Shown here one piece after another: positions 39,875 to 50,411 of a stretch of DNA of 64,000 nucleotides (position 1 is the first letter of the stretch; every line of letters begins with the position of its first letter). The notes under the pieces are model-generated. The model saw only the letters and a list, made by a program, of their open reading frames with translations. It was not told the DNA's origin and did no database searches. Location: assembly GCA_964433545.1 (NCBI GenBank), contig CAYSRJ010000002.1:37020-101019 (forward strand). Reading direction: 5' to 3'. Position numbers and translations under genes: made by a program. Source of the DNA: an uncultured Spirochaetota bacterium (GTDB lineage: Bacteria > Spirochaetota > B62-G9 > DRHN01).

Positions 39875-40312
39875 TTGCGCGTTTATCACGTTTTGAAGAA
39901 AGGATTAGGAATTATGATTACTCAGTTGTTTGCAGCATACGGACCGCAGGGGGGCGCAGGAGGCCAGAGTTCCGGAGGCGGAAGCCCCATGTCACTTATT
40001 TTCATGATTATAGCGATTTTTGCAGTTATGTATTTCCTCATGATACGCCCTCAGCAAAGGCAGAAAAAACAGCATGCGGATATGATGAGTCAGCTCTCCA
40101 AAGGTGATAAGGTTGTCACCACGGGCGGGATACATGGTACTGTCGCCGGTGTAAAGGATAATCTCGTCATCCTGAAAATTGCCGATAACGTGAAAGTAGA
40201 GATAAACAGAGCTTCGGTCGGCCAGATTGTTTCTTCCAGGGCCTCAAAAACACAGCCCAAGGGCCCGCAGAAGGCTGAAGAGAAGAGCCAAAAGACCAAA
40301 AATCAGGAATAG
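39875..40312 (+). CDS. yajC: Preprotein translocase subunit YajC
   Basis: C-terminal ...DKVVTTGGIHGTVAGVKDNLVILKIADNVKVEINRASVGQIV is the canonical YajC core; the likely true start is the internal ATG (MITQLF) about 39914. Confidence 0.85.
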   Translation: MRVYHVLKKGLGIMITQLFAAYGPQGGAGGQSSGGGSPMSLIFMIIAIFAVMYFLMIRPQQRQKKQHADMMSQLSKGDKVVTTGGIHGTVAGVKDNLVILKIADNVKVEINRASVGQIVSSRASKTQPKGPQKAEEKSQKTKNQE

Positions 40313-40406
40313 CAAACATCTCACAATTCAGATTTTCTTATTGCGTAATGCATCGGTTAACATAACATCTGCTGACGTAAGCGGAGAATCCTAACCAGAG
40401 AGATCA

Positions 40407-41894
40407 ATGAACAAAGCATTCAGACTTCTGATAGTACTTGTCGCCGTCGGAATCGCTACATGGGGTTTTTCCTATACGTTTATCTGGTACTTCAGGTACA
40501 CAAAAGAGGATCGGGCCCTGACCAATCTCACCGCGGAAGAACTTGTCCGGTATCCGGAGAAGAAGAGGCTCCACATAAAAGAGATAAAGAAACTTCGATC
40601 CCGGATAATAAATCTCGGCCTCGACCTCCAGGGTGGTATCTACATGGTTTTAGAGCCGGATTACCAGGAGCTCGAAAAACGGCAGGGGAGTGCGCTCACT
40701 CCCGATGAGATGAAGGATGCGATGAGACGGGTTATGGAAATTCTGAGAAACCGTATAGATAAATTCGGTGTCTCGGAACCCTCTATCAGGACACAGGGCG
40801 AGGACAGGATAGTCGTAGAGCTGCCGGGCTCAAAGGATCCCAACAGGGCCAGAAACGTGGTAATGGGACGGGGCCTTTTGGAGTTTCGTCTTGTTGATGA
40901 GGAGACCACGGCCAAGCTGACACGGGACATGTTCGACGACACCGGGACCCTGATCGACCGATCCATAATCCCGGAGGGGTCGGAGCTGCTCTATCTCTGG
41001 GTGAAGAACAGGTTTGATATTCTCGAGAGGCAACGGGCCGTTGTCGTGTACAAGAAGGTCCTCCTCGAGGGAGGCGCAATCAAGCGTGCGCAGGTGCAGA
41101 CCGATCAGTTTGGCAAGCCGGAAGTCATCTTTGAGCTCAGCTCTGATGGTGCCAAGGAGTTCGCCAGCATTACCGGGGCAAATGTGGGTAAGCGTCTTGC
41201 AATTATACTGGACAACAAAATCCTCTCCATGCCTTCTATTCGCGAGAGAATCCCATCCGGTCGTGTTCGCATAACCGGTGATTTCACCATGAAGGATGCG
41301 CAGGATCAGGCGCTTGTGTTGAGGGCGGGTGCTTTTCCCGTCCCCCTGCAGATCGCCGAACAGAGAATTGTCGGCCCTTCTCTCGGAGAAGATTCGATAC
41401 GGGCAGGAATAAAGGCTGCATTAATAGGCGCTGCACTCGTGATTCTCTTTATGCTGGTTTATTACAAGCTTTCGGGTATTGTCGCAAATATTGCTCTTAT
41501 GCTCAATATTTATCTGCTCCTCGGTATTCTCGCATGGCTGAATTTCACACTGACCCTCCCCGGAATTGCAGGCATGATTTTGACGGTCGGTATGGCGGTA
41601 GACGCAAATGTCATTATCTTTGAAAGAATCAAAGAAGAACTAAGAAGCGGGAAAACCGTATCAGCAGCTGTGCAATCCGGGTATGAGAAGGCGTTTCGAA
41701 CCATACTGGATGCGAATATGACAACCCTGATTGCAACGTTCGTGCTGTCCCAGTTTGGCTCGGGCCCGATCAAAGGTTTTGCAGTGACACTGAGCATCGG
41801 TATTGTCATCAATATGTTTACATCGATTTTCGTAACACGACTTTTGTTTACGATGGGTATCGATGCGTTCAGGGTAAAAAAGCTTTCGATCTGA
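40407..41894 (+). CDS. secD: Protein translocase subunit SecD
   Basis: 495 aa; N-terminal TM, large periplasmic domain, C-terminal 5 TM of the SecD/SecF family. Confidence 0.9.
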   Translation: MNKAFRLLIVLVAVGIATWGFSYTFIWYFRYTKEDRALTNLTAEELVRYPEKKRLHIKEIKKLRSRIINLGLDLQGGIYMVLEPDYQELEKRQGSALTPDEMKDAMRRVMEILRNRIDKFGVSEPSIRTQGEDRIVVELPGSKDPNRARNVVMGRGLLEFRLVDEETTAKLTRDMFDDTGTLIDRSIIPEGSELLYLWVKNRFDILERQRAVVVYKKVLLEGGAIKRAQVQTDQFGKPEVIFELSSDGAKEFASITGANVGKRLAIILDNKILSMPSIRERIPSGRVRITGDFTMKDAQDQALVLRAGAFPVPLQIAEQRIVGPSLGEDSIRAGIKAALIGAALVILFMLVYYKLSGIVANIALMLNIYLLLGILAWLNFTLTLPGIAGMILTVGMAVDANVIIFERIKEELRSGKTVSAAVQSGYEKAFRTILDANMTTLIATFVLSQFGSGPIKGFAVTLSIGIVINMFTSIFVTRLLFTMGIDAFRVKKLSI

Positions 41895-41927
41895 TGCCGG
41901 TTTTTGCGGAATAGATAAGAGGAAAGC

Positions 41928-42830
41928 ATGAAAAATATTAAAATCCTGCACATCAGAAAATTTACCTATACGGTGTCTGCCGTAATTATTCTGGCGGGTA
42001 TCGTGAATATGACGATCCATCATGGACTCAAGATGGGTATCGATTTTGCCGGCGGCAACGTTGTGCAGGTGCAGCTTGCCGATCCGAATATCACAATCGG
42101 CGAAGTGCGCACTGTGCTTATCGGAACCGGTTACGGAAACAATGTGCAGAAAATCGATGATCCTGCAAAAAACCTGTTTATCCTTAAAACTCTCGCCAGG
42201 GAAAGAGATAACGACAAAATCATAACAGAAATAACAGATGCGCTGTATCGGAAATTCGGCAGAGATGCGGTTGTAATAGAGAAGGCTGATATCGTCGGTC
42301 CGAGAATCAGCAAGTACCTGTTAAGGAGCTCATATATCATTGGAGTAGTTGCGCTTGTGTTGATTCTGCTGTATACGACATTCAGGTTCAAATTCCGGTT
42401 TGGTGTTACTGCAATTATTGCTCTCCTTCATGATGTCTTAATTGTGCTCAGTTTTATCTCCTTTTTCGGCAAGGAGATGGATACCTTTGTCCTCGCGGCG
42501 GTATTGACAATTATCGGATACTCACTGAACGACACAATTGTTGTTTTTGACAGGGTACGGGAAAACCTTAAATCATCAAAAGCGTATGAGGAATACATCA
42601 AGACGGTGAACCGCAGTATTAACCAGTCTCTTTCACGTACCGTTATAACCTCTTTGACGACTCTGCTTGCCGTTTTTTCCCTCTTTATATTCGGAGGGAA
42701 TACAATGAAAGATTTCGCATTTGCTCTTATTGTCGGCATCATTGCCGGAACCTATTCCTCAATATTCATTGCATCGGCTCTTGTAGTGGATTGGCACAGA
42801 TGGCGGCCGGAAAAGATGAAAAAGATTTAA
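41928..42830 (+). CDS. secF: Protein translocase subunit SecF
   Basis: 300 aa; SecF family; follows secD. Confidence 0.9.
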   Translation: MKNIKILHIRKFTYTVSAVIILAGIVNMTIHHGLKMGIDFAGGNVVQVQLADPNITIGEVRTVLIGTGYGNNVQKIDDPAKNLFILKTLARERDNDKIITEITDALYRKFGRDAVVIEKADIVGPRISKYLLRSSYIIGVVALVLILLYTTFRFKFRFGVTAIIALLHDVLIVLSFISFFGKEMDTFVLAAVLTIIGYSLNDTIVVFDRVRENLKSSKAYEEYIKTVNRSINQSLSRTVITSLTTLLAVFSLFIFGGNTMKDFAFALIVGIIAGTYSSIFIASALVVDWHRWRPEKMKKI

Positions 42831-42914
42831 ATGTACACCGCAGTTCACGTGTGTCGATAATTATCTATACAGTATTTTCAAGTATAGTAATTTTTAGAGT
42901 AAGGAGTTATAGGA

Positions 42915-43340
42915 ATGGTGAAACCCAACGACGTGAAGTTGATTGAAGAAAAGGATATTGATACGGTACTTGCGGAAGATATCGATTTTACAGGCACAAT
43001 GAAGTTCCAGAACTCGCTTATGATCAAAGGTAAATTTGACGGGCAAATCGATGCAGTGGGGCATCTTATCCTCGGTCCCAATGCGGTCGTGAAAGCAACG
43101 ATACGGGCCGGAGTAGTAACGAATTACGGGAAGATAATCGGAAATGTAGAAACTATTAAAAAACTGGAATTGTTGAAGGGTGCGGAATTAAACGGTGATG
43201 TCAAGACGCCCGACCTTATTATAGAGAGCGGCTGCTCCTTCAACGGGAAATGCACCATGGGGCCCGTCGATATCGTGTCCGGACACTATGACTCAAAGGA
43301 AAAATCTTCCGGGTCTCCGGCCCAATCCCTGAAAGAATAG
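42915..43340 (+). CDS. Bactofilin-family cytoskeletal protein
   Basis: 141 aa; beta-helical bactofilin (DUF583) repeat pattern ...MIKGKFDGQIDAVGHLILGPNAVVKATIRAGVVTNYGKIIGNV... Confidence 0.7.
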   Translation: MVKPNDVKLIEEKDIDTVLAEDIDFTGTMKFQNSLMIKGKFDGQIDAVGHLILGPNAVVKATIRAGVVTNYGKIIGNVETIKKLELLKGAELNGDVKTPDLIIESGCSFNGKCTMGPVDIVSGHYDSKEKSSGSPAQSLKE

Positions 43341-43394
43341 TGAATTTACTCCGTATGTTACCGGCATATTTAGTACCCGGAATACTTCCAATAA

Positions 43395-44105
43395 GTGTTT
43401 AAAATCGATAAGCAGTACCCACTGTACATACCTGGGGGCGTGAAAAGCGTAATGAATAAATATGTGCATATTTTTTTTCTGGCTATTATAGTGTTTCTTA
43501 TTTCCATCCTCCCCGCAGTCTCAATTTTTGCCAGTTTCCAGCAGGGATATGACCTGTACAGAAAAGGTAAATACTACGACGCCGAAGAGGTGCTCCTTCG
43601 TGAAAAAGAACTCTCACCAGGAAACCTCGATGTCTATGCAGTTTTAGGCTGGTGCTATTTAAATACCGGAAGGTATAAGAATGCCATAGATATCAGCAAT
43701 GAGGGCCTGAAACTGAATGCCGGGGATGCCAGGTTTTTAACCACACTCGGAAGGTCATATCTTGAATTGAAGCGATTCAATGAGGCTCTTTCCTATTTAC
43801 AACGAGCCATTTCTCTGAATCCTAATTACGAGTATAACTACTTCTATGTCGGGCGTGCATATCTCAGTCAGGGTAAGTATATACTTGCAGAGACTGCCTT
43901 TTCGGCAGCCATAAAACTGAGAAATGACAGGTATATCTTCTATCGCTTACGCGGCGAGGTGTATGAAAAAATGGCAAACTACAAAGCTGCAGAAGAAGAC
44001 TACAAACAGGCCCTGACGCTAAAGCCGAACGACCCCCGTTTGAAAGAGTCGCTTATACGCGTTATAAGCAAGCAAACAGAGCAAACGACAGGGATAGAAG
44101 AGTAG
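43395..44105 (+). CDS. TPR-repeat protein with N-terminal membrane anchor
   Basis: 236 aa; hydrophobic N-terminus; about 5 TPR units. Confidence 0.6.
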   Translation: MFKIDKQYPLYIPGGVKSVMNKYVHIFFLAIIVFLISILPAVSIFASFQQGYDLYRKGKYYDAEEVLLREKELSPGNLDVYAVLGWCYLNTGRYKNAIDISNEGLKLNAGDARFLTTLGRSYLELKRFNEALSYLQRAISLNPNYEYNYFYVGRAYLSQGKYILAETAFSAAIKLRNDRYIFYRLRGEVYEKMANYKAAEEDYKQALTLKPNDPRLKESLIRVISKQTEQTTGIEE

Positions 44106-44208
44106 CTCCCATACTCACCCCAAGTAGCCCATGTAAAAAAGATCAGCAGAAGGTGCTTTTTTCCTTACAATCGATGGTCCGACAATCCGCAATTATGGTT
44201 TTATCCAT

Positions 44209-44355
44209 TGGAATACCGGCATTCCATGTCGGAGAAGGCTGGTTCATCCGGCCTTCGGCCGTCAGAATGGGCTTGCTATTCAGTTGCAACGGAAAAACAC
44301 TTATCAGCGAGCCCGATTGGTTTGAACCTTTTTTGATTGAAAGTTAACTTGCCTA
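44209..44355 (-). repeat. Dispersed intergenic repeat family 1, copy B (reverse orientation) with the GGCAAGTTAACTTTCAAT end module and an alternative tail
   Basis: Reverse complement aligns to copy A (33262-33372) and to copy C; its tail (…GGATGAACCAGCCTTCTCCGACATGGAATGCCGGTATTCC) recurs in copy C at about 54578-54612. Confidence 0.8.
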
Positions 44356-44412
44356 TATACATTATGGGTACGGTGTACCTGGGATATTAACGGGGAAAGA
44401 GGGATTCTTATC

Positions 44413-45798
44413 GTGAATAAACCGACAGGTGTCGGGAAGACCCCGACAGTTGCCGTGATCAACCACGGCTGTAAATTAAATCAGTTTGAAGGGGAATCCA
44501 TAGCGTATTCTCTTGAGCGAGCGGGTTTTGAAGTCATCGGAATGGAAGCCGGAGGTACGCCTTCGGGAGGCCATGGTGATAATGAAGGGGATGGGCGTCT
44601 ACGTGGCAGAGCTGTTCATAACAGCTGCAGGAAGCCCGATATCATCATTATCAACTCGTGCACGGTTACCGGGAAGAGCGACAGGAAGTCCAGGCATTCC
44701 GTGCTACATGCGGCCCGGCGCCTTGCAGAAGACGGGATTCTTGTTGTAACAGGCTGTTATGCAGAGACAGATCCCGATGATCTGCAGAAAATAGAGAGAG
44801 TCGATCTTGTTATCGGGCAAAGAAATAAAGCGTCGATTCCCGGCATTTTGCGCAACAAGTACGGCAAAAGTTCTCCTGTTAAATCCGATGTATCCGTCTT
44901 TGATTTTCATGATCCTGAGCCGAACCGTTCACGGGCATTTGTGAAGGTTCAGGACGGATGCGATATGCGCTGCTCCTACTGCAAGGTGCCCTTTGCGCGA
45001 GGTACGTCCCAGAGTAGAAGTGATCGTGATGTGTTCGCTGCGGTGAGGGAACTTGTTGCAAACGGATACCATGAAGTGGTGCTTACCGGAGTCAACCTTG
45101 GCGCTTATAATTACGGTGGGGCGAGGCTTCACACATTGATTTCTCGTATATTTGAAAAGGTTCAGGGAGATTACCGGATACGCCTTTCATCGATTGAACC
45201 GGTGCTCTTCACCGATATGCTCGTTGACCTGATTGCACAGAACCCGAATATCGTACCGCATTTTCATATACCTCTTCAGAGCGGCTCGGACAGGCTGCTC
45301 AGGCTGATGAAAAGGCCCTATACATCGGATGTCTACCTTGATACTGTTTACAGACTCCGAAGCGCAAGACCTGAAAGCCATATTGCAATGGACGTTATGG
45401 TCGGGTTCCCAACGGAAACCATCGATGATTTCAAAGCAACCGAGCGTGTTATTAAGAAATCCGAATGTGCATCTTTGCATGTGTTCAGATACTCACCTCG
45501 AAAAGAAACTACAGCAGCAGCCCTGCAGGATGATGTTTCATATCAGGAGAAATCTGAGAGAAGCAGGCGGTTGATGGAACTGGGCAGCACGCTCAACTAT
45601 ATATACAGAAAGAGGTTTTTGGGAGCGGCGCGGGATACAATTGTTCAGCAGCATGGAAACAAATATGAAGGCATTACAGACAACTATATTCGAGTTCAAT
45701 TGGCACCAACCCGTGGAATGCAGAAAAAGAGATGCAGTGTACGAATAGTCGGTGTAGAAAAGAAGAAAACAACAGGTGAGATTGTTACAATATATTAA
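44413..45798 (+). CDS. Radical-SAM methylthiotransferase, MtaB/MiaB/RimO family (tRNA t6A or i6A methylthiolation), with TRAM domain
   Basis: 461 aa; N-terminal MTTase Cys triad; radical-SAM CSYCKVP motif; C-terminal TRAM; a Gly/Asp/Arg-rich insertion of about 30 aa near residues 45-75. Confidence 0.75.
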   Translation: MNKPTGVGKTPTVAVINHGCKLNQFEGESIAYSLERAGFEVIGMEAGGTPSGGHGDNEGDGRLRGRAVHNSCRKPDIIIINSCTVTGKSDRKSRHSVLHAARRLAEDGILVVTGCYAETDPDDLQKIERVDLVIGQRNKASIPGILRNKYGKSSPVKSDVSVFDFHDPEPNRSRAFVKVQDGCDMRCSYCKVPFARGTSQSRSDRDVFAAVRELVANGYHEVVLTGVNLGAYNYGGARLHTLISRIFEKVQGDYRIRLSSIEPVLFTDMLVDLIAQNPNIVPHFHIPLQSGSDRLLRLMKRPYTSDVYLDTVYRLRSARPESHIAMDVMVGFPTETIDDFKATERVIKKSECASLHVFRYSPRKETTAAALQDDVSYQEKSERSRRLMELGSTLNYIYRKRFLGAARDTIVQQHGNKYEGITDNYIRVQLAPTRGMQKKRCSVRIVGVEKKKTTGEIVTIY

Positions 45799-45823
45799 AT
45801 GCACACCCGAAATATTTCCCGCC

Positions 45824-48514
45824 CTAAAACAGCGCCTTTTCTATTTTCAATATTTTATACTGCTTTTTTCTAGTGCTCCTGCCAAGTTCGATTACATCTC
45901 CAACAGACTTGTTCAAGAGGTTTTCTCCGATTGGTGATGTATAGGATATAATGTTCTTTGCAGGTTCCGATTCCCACGGACCGAGAACGGTAAATTTTTC
46001 TTTTTTTTCGTCCTCAATGCAGTTCAAACTAATCACCGTCCCGACTGAGATAACATTTGTCTTGATATCTTCACCTTTGAGAATCTTCGCCCTGTTCAGA
46101 CTTTCCCTGAGGTTTTTAACCTGCTGTTTCAGGAATTCCTGCTTTTCAAGTGCGAACTTGTATTCCGCATTCTCCCGAAGATCGCCTTTTTCCATGGCGA
46201 CACCGATCTCTTTGCTGTTTGAGGGGATTGCCACGTCCATCAGGTATTTCAATTCGTTCTGTTTCAATTCGAACGATCGCTGTGTGACGAGGAGCTGTTT
46301 CGAGTTGTCTACACTCTCTACTTCATCATCGAATACAATACTCGGGTAGGTTGTTTTGATAGCGAAACGGGTTTTAATGATATATTCATCCTTTAACTCT
46401 TCGATATTCAGAATGGTCGGCATCAGCCGTCGGACTCTGGCTTCATCAGCAGTTTTGATATACTCGACAAGAAGATCGTCTTTGAACAGGATGTCGACAA
46501 TGGTGTTGAATATTTTCCTGTTGTATACCACATTCCGTTCATTAATGAGTTCCCTGCTCGCAATCTCGAGTAAATGGGTAAGGCCGATCATGACCTTATC
46601 GAAATTTATCTTGAAGTCATATTCATCCTGTTTTCTGATGAGATTCTTGCTGATCCAGATAAAAAGTTTGCTGTACTCCCTGTAATGGGAGGTGATATTG
46701 GATATAATTTCATCCACGCGGGCAGTTTCTCCGGATGCAATTAGCTCATCGATTATGAATTTCATGGGGTGTATATAAAAACTCTTTACAAACAACTCTG
46801 GCCATGCGTTGGATTCCTTTTTGATATTCAGTAAGAAGATTTTTCTAAGATCGTTATCCGGTATAATCGAGAGATATGTGTGAATGTCCTTGAGGTTTTC
46901 GAGTATCGCACTGAAATCGAAAGAAAAATCAAACGGGAGGTAGCTGTACGATTTCTTCAGGGTTTTCAGGAGCAGAAAGCTCTTTAGTGTATTTTCGTTC
47001 ATGTTCCCGGATGATGTAATAAATCCGGTAAAGTAGTGGAGCATTTCTTCGAAATATTCGGAGTCGATATCGCCGTTGGAAATGTAATCATTGAAGAGCT
47101 CGAATCTTTTATTGAAATTCTTCTCGGTTTTAAATTTATTATATATATCTTCGTTATATGAAATCGGCTTTTTTCTTATGAAGTATATATCGTTGTTTTC
47201 AGGTGAAGTACCAAAATAAGGATTCTTTTTAAGTATTGTTTTTGCCCTGTTCCACCATTTCGACCATTCTTTTTTTGTGAGTACACCTTTGAGAAGCTCT
47301 TCTTTGAAATCTTTAACCGATGCTGTATTATTTTTGCTCTTTATTACTATCCTCAATCCTTCCTCAACATTGTTCAAAATCAATTCCCGTAATTTATCAA
47401 GGTCCTTTGCCTTGAGAAGCCATATATGATCATCAGGGAGAATCTGAAGGCAGCTGAGAGCCATCTGCAGCGTCATACTGTGGTTTTTCTTGTCCGTAAA
47501 GTCAATGATTAGAGATTCATCTTTTATATCGGTGCACCTGCCAATACCCCAGGTTCGGTGAAATACGTAGCTGCCGACATCGAAGATTATGTGTTTTTCA
47601 AAGGTTTCGATTGCTTTGATACTGTCAGTTGCCGGGTCTTTTAAGCCCGACATTTCTATATATTCATCAAGGTAGGAATGTGTGCTGTATTTATTTGTAT
47701 AACAATCAATGAGTTCCTCACGTGATTCTCTGTCCCGTGCGTTGTATCTCAGAATTTTCTTCAGAATGTCGATGGCGGTATCGAACTCGCCCTTGTCTTT
47801 GAAGTAGGGGAGTATAAAAGACAGAAGAAATGCAGATTTGTCTGTTCCTATTGTATCTGCAATTCTCTTTTCCGTGCTCAGGAAAAAATTGAGGTCTTCC
47901 GGGATCAGGTCCACGAGTTTCAGCCATATCTCTTCGACGGGATTATTAATCCCTTTTTTCAGATATCTGAGTAGCGCTTTTTTATAGTAATCGACCGCTT
48001 CTTCGATAGCGCCTTTTTTCTCTTTAATTGTTGCAAGCTTCCGTGTTAATTCCGCTTCGTCGTAGTCGATTTTGACAAGGCGTTCCCATACTCTTATTAG
48101 CTGGTCTTCCCTGTTGTCGTTTGAAAGACATTGTGAGAGTGCCTCGAGGGCATACTTGTTTTCTCCGTATTTAAGAGTCTCTTTTGCGAGGAACTCAACA
48201 ATGTTAAAACGTTTATTGTCGATAAAAAGGTTTATGAGTTTCTGAATATGCCCTTCATCGAGAGCCTGTTCTTCGAAGTTGATCTTTCCCATTATGTAGA
48301 GCGCAATTATACTGTTTGGTGTGTGCGTCAGGTGTTCCTCGGTAAGACTGCGCACTGCAGGATGCTTTCCTGTTTTTTTTGCTTCTGTCAGAAGGGTGTC
48401 TAAATCGGTAAAATTTTTAATTGTGTAATTGTTGAGAGTCGCCCGGGTCCATTTTTCCTCGTTTAAAAGATCGGACAACTGTTGAACTGTCTCGACTGCC
48501 ATATGTATCTCCAT
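45824..48514 (-). CDS. greA: Transcription elongation factor GreA with an N-terminal extension of about 730 aa (spirochaete-type long GreA)
   Basis: The C-terminal 160 aa align to full GreA (GDLRENAEYKFALEKQ coiled-coil + FKBP-like C-terminal domain); the N-terminal region has no recognisable domain. Confidence 0.75.
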   Translation of the reverse strand: MEIHMAVETVQQLSDLLNEEKWTRATLNNYTIKNFTDLDTLLTEAKKTGKHPAVRSLTEEHLTHTPNSIIALYIMGKINFEEQALDEGHIQKLINLFIDNKRFNIVEFLAKETLKYGENKYALEALSQCLSNDNREDQLIRVWERLVKIDYDEAELTRKLATIKEKKGAIEEAVDYYKKALLRYLKKGINNPVEEIWLKLVDLIPEDLNFFLSTEKRIADTIGTDKSAFLLSFILPYFKDKGEFDTAIDILKKILRYNARDRESREELIDCYTNKYSTHSYLDEYIEMSGLKDPATDSIKAIETFEKHIIFDVGSYVFHRTWGIGRCTDIKDESLIIDFTDKKNHSMTLQMALSCLQILPDDHIWLLKAKDLDKLRELILNNVEEGLRIVIKSKNNTASVKDFKEELLKGVLTKKEWSKWWNRAKTILKKNPYFGTSPENNDIYFIRKKPISYNEDIYNKFKTEKNFNKRFELFNDYISNGDIDSEYFEEMLHYFTGFITSSGNMNENTLKSFLLLKTLKKSYSYLPFDFSFDFSAILENLKDIHTYLSIIPDNDLRKIFLLNIKKESNAWPELFVKSFYIHPMKFIIDELIASGETARVDEIISNITSHYREYSKLFIWISKNLIRKQDEYDFKINFDKVMIGLTHLLEIASRELINERNVVYNRKIFNTIVDILFKDDLLVEYIKTADEARVRRLMPTILNIEELKDEYIIKTRFAIKTTYPSIVFDDEVESVDNSKQLLVTQRSFELKQNELKYLMDVAIPSNSKEIGVAMEKGDLRENAEYKFALEKQEFLKQQVKNLRESLNRAKILKGEDIKTNVISVGTVISLNCIEDEKKEKFTVLGPWESEPAKNIISYTSPIGENLLNKSVGDVIELGRSTRKKQYKILKIEKALF

Positions 48515-48580
48515 ATATGGTTTTATCCATTAAAAGTCTAATAGTATGTATAAAGATTTACAATATACAATGGTCTTTTA

Positions 48581-48800
48581 CTTCTAAGTCACTTCTCGCG
48601 AAGTTACTTTATGATATTCGGTCCTTCGGGGATACATCCTGTCAAGGACGTAGACCACTTCCAAGTAACCTCGATTAAGTTACGTTTTGATACCTAGTCC
48701 TGCCAAGGACTAGTCGTGACAGAGATCGGCTGCGAAGTCGCCACTTTTCCTTGGCTCGTTAAGCATTGGGAAATTAAGGTAAAAACCATTAGGCAAGTGA
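48581..48800 (-). repeat. Repeat family 2 copy (reverse orientation) followed by the CTAGTCC-TGCCAA-GGACTAG hairpin and a family-1 tail fragment (AAAAACCATTAGGCAAGTG)
   Basis: Reverse complement of 48590-48655 matches 35545-35590 and 62139-62213 nearly base for base. Confidence 0.8.
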
Positions 48801-48943
48801 TAAATTGTATCTTTTAGAATTAACAAGCTAACGTACCTATTTTTTCAATTATTCTGTGTGCAAGTTTTTTTCCGGGATACTAATAAAGTAAAAAAAGTGT
48901 TACGGAAAATCAATCATTATTTGAAATACTGCTTGCATGTATA

Positions 48944-49000
48944 CCAAGGGCACAGGTACCAAGGGCACAGGTACCAAGGGCACAGGTACCAAGGGCACAG
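48944..49000. repeat. Tandem 15-bp repeat (AAGGGCACAGGTACC) x 4 immediately 3' of the TPR gene
   Basis: Direct reading: accaagggcacaggtaccaagggcacaggtaccaagggcacaggtaccaagggcacag. Confidence 0.85.
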
Positions 49001-49017
49001 AAGAGTGAAAAACCGGT

Positions 49018-49992
49018 TTATTCCAGGTAACGGGAGAAGATTTCTGTATCAATCTCATTGATCCTCTGCAGAGATTGCTCTATCTCTTTTCTGCTCCCAC
49101 CGATGATCTTCAGTGTGTCTATCAGCCAGAAATAATGGTTAAGCAGTTTTGGCTCGATAAAGGAACGCTTTTTACGGTTTGTTTCATACTCCTTTTCGAG
49201 CACCTCTATTTCCAGACGCAGCTTTTCAAGCTCCCCTTTTTTTGGCTCGCGTTTGACATTGAATGCCCTGTTTATTTCCGCAATCACGGGCAGCCAGTAA
49301 ATAGATACTTCCGGGTCTGGCGCCTTTTCTATTGTCTTTTTATAGAGCATGTGGATGAACGGTGACTCGATGCTATCAAGCTCAATCTGGCCGGGATCGA
49401 TAAAAAAGGCTTCTCTGAAAAGAACCTTGGCCTTTGATGTTTCATCTATGCTGAAGTAACAGTCTCCGAGCTTGGACATCAGGTCAGGGTCGTTTATGTT
49501 GAAGCTTCTCGCATACTCGTATATGTCGATAGCACGCTCGTAATTGCCTAATTTTTTAAAACAGTCCCCTATCTGGATGAGGATGCCGGTATCCGGTGCT
49601 GCTCCCTCATTATATGCATCGGTAAATGATTCGATAATGTCCCCGAAAATATACTTTTGAATAGCCGCGGTGGATCTCCCATGCCGGAGATTATTTTTTA
49701 CCATATATTTTTCAAAATCCCTCCATTCTTTCAAGAGCACCCGCGCCTTGTCGTATGGACTGTTGAATCTTTTGGCCTTTTTCCTGCTGATCCAGAACCT
49801 GGTTGCCTTGACTCCGTCGACAACTCCCGGATAATTGCTGTTTTCACGAATGATATTTTCGAAAAGGGCAATTGCTTCGCTGAAATTGCCATCTTCCAGC
49901 AGTTTGTGAGCCCTGTTCTGCTTGATATACAGAGGATCATCCTCAAATGTGAGCTGACCGTCGTTTTCCATTGACATGCATTCCGTTAGCAA
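49018..49992 (-). CDS. TPR-repeat protein (cytoplasmic)
   Basis: 324 aa; multiple TPR units; no signal peptide. Confidence 0.6.
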   Translation of the reverse strand: MLTECMSMENDGQLTFEDDPLYIKQNRAHKLLEDGNFSEAIALFENIIRENSNYPGVVDGVKATRFWISRKKAKRFNSPYDKARVLLKEWRDFEKYMVKNNLRHGRSTAAIQKYIFGDIIESFTDAYNEGAAPDTGILIQIGDCFKKLGNYERAIDIYEYARSFNINDPDLMSKLGDCYFSIDETSKAKVLFREAFFIDPGQIELDSIESPFIHMLYKKTIEKAPDPEVSIYWLPVIAEINRAFNVKREPKKGELEKLRLEIEVLEKEYETNRKKRSFIEPKLLNHYFWLIDTLKIIGGSRKEIEQSLQRINEIDTEIFSRYLE

Positions 49993-50411
49993 GGAAAGTT
50001 GTTTTTTTTCATTTCTATTTTTCAGTGCACAAAGTGGGAAGGCTTCCGCAGCAGGTACCCCGTGTAAATTACCCCGCGCGATTTTAAATTTCCGTATGCC
50101 CTGCAGTCATAGTAACATATTCTGTAAAAATCTGTCAAATGGTTTAAATCCTTCTGGGCAACTTAAAATACGTTATCTGTGATACTTCATCCTGCCGGGG
50201 ATCTGCCGTGAAGTAACGTTCTCTGGGTGGATTCTCCCAGGGGGATCTACGTCACTTTTAAAACTCTTAATTGCGCCTGTATAGGTGTCGACTAGTATTA
50301 TAATGAGAGTATTGCTGCTCAAATAATACTCCAGCGATGCATACTGATTAATTAAAGGACTGTGATAGACTGTCGAGGGCACCAAGCCGGCATGCAGACT
50401 GAATACAAGGT

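Noticed and set aside
48858-49061. ORF encoding ...QGHRYQGHRYQGHRYQGHR...
   Set aside because: It is the translation of the AAGGGCACAGGTACC tandem repeat. It is spurious.
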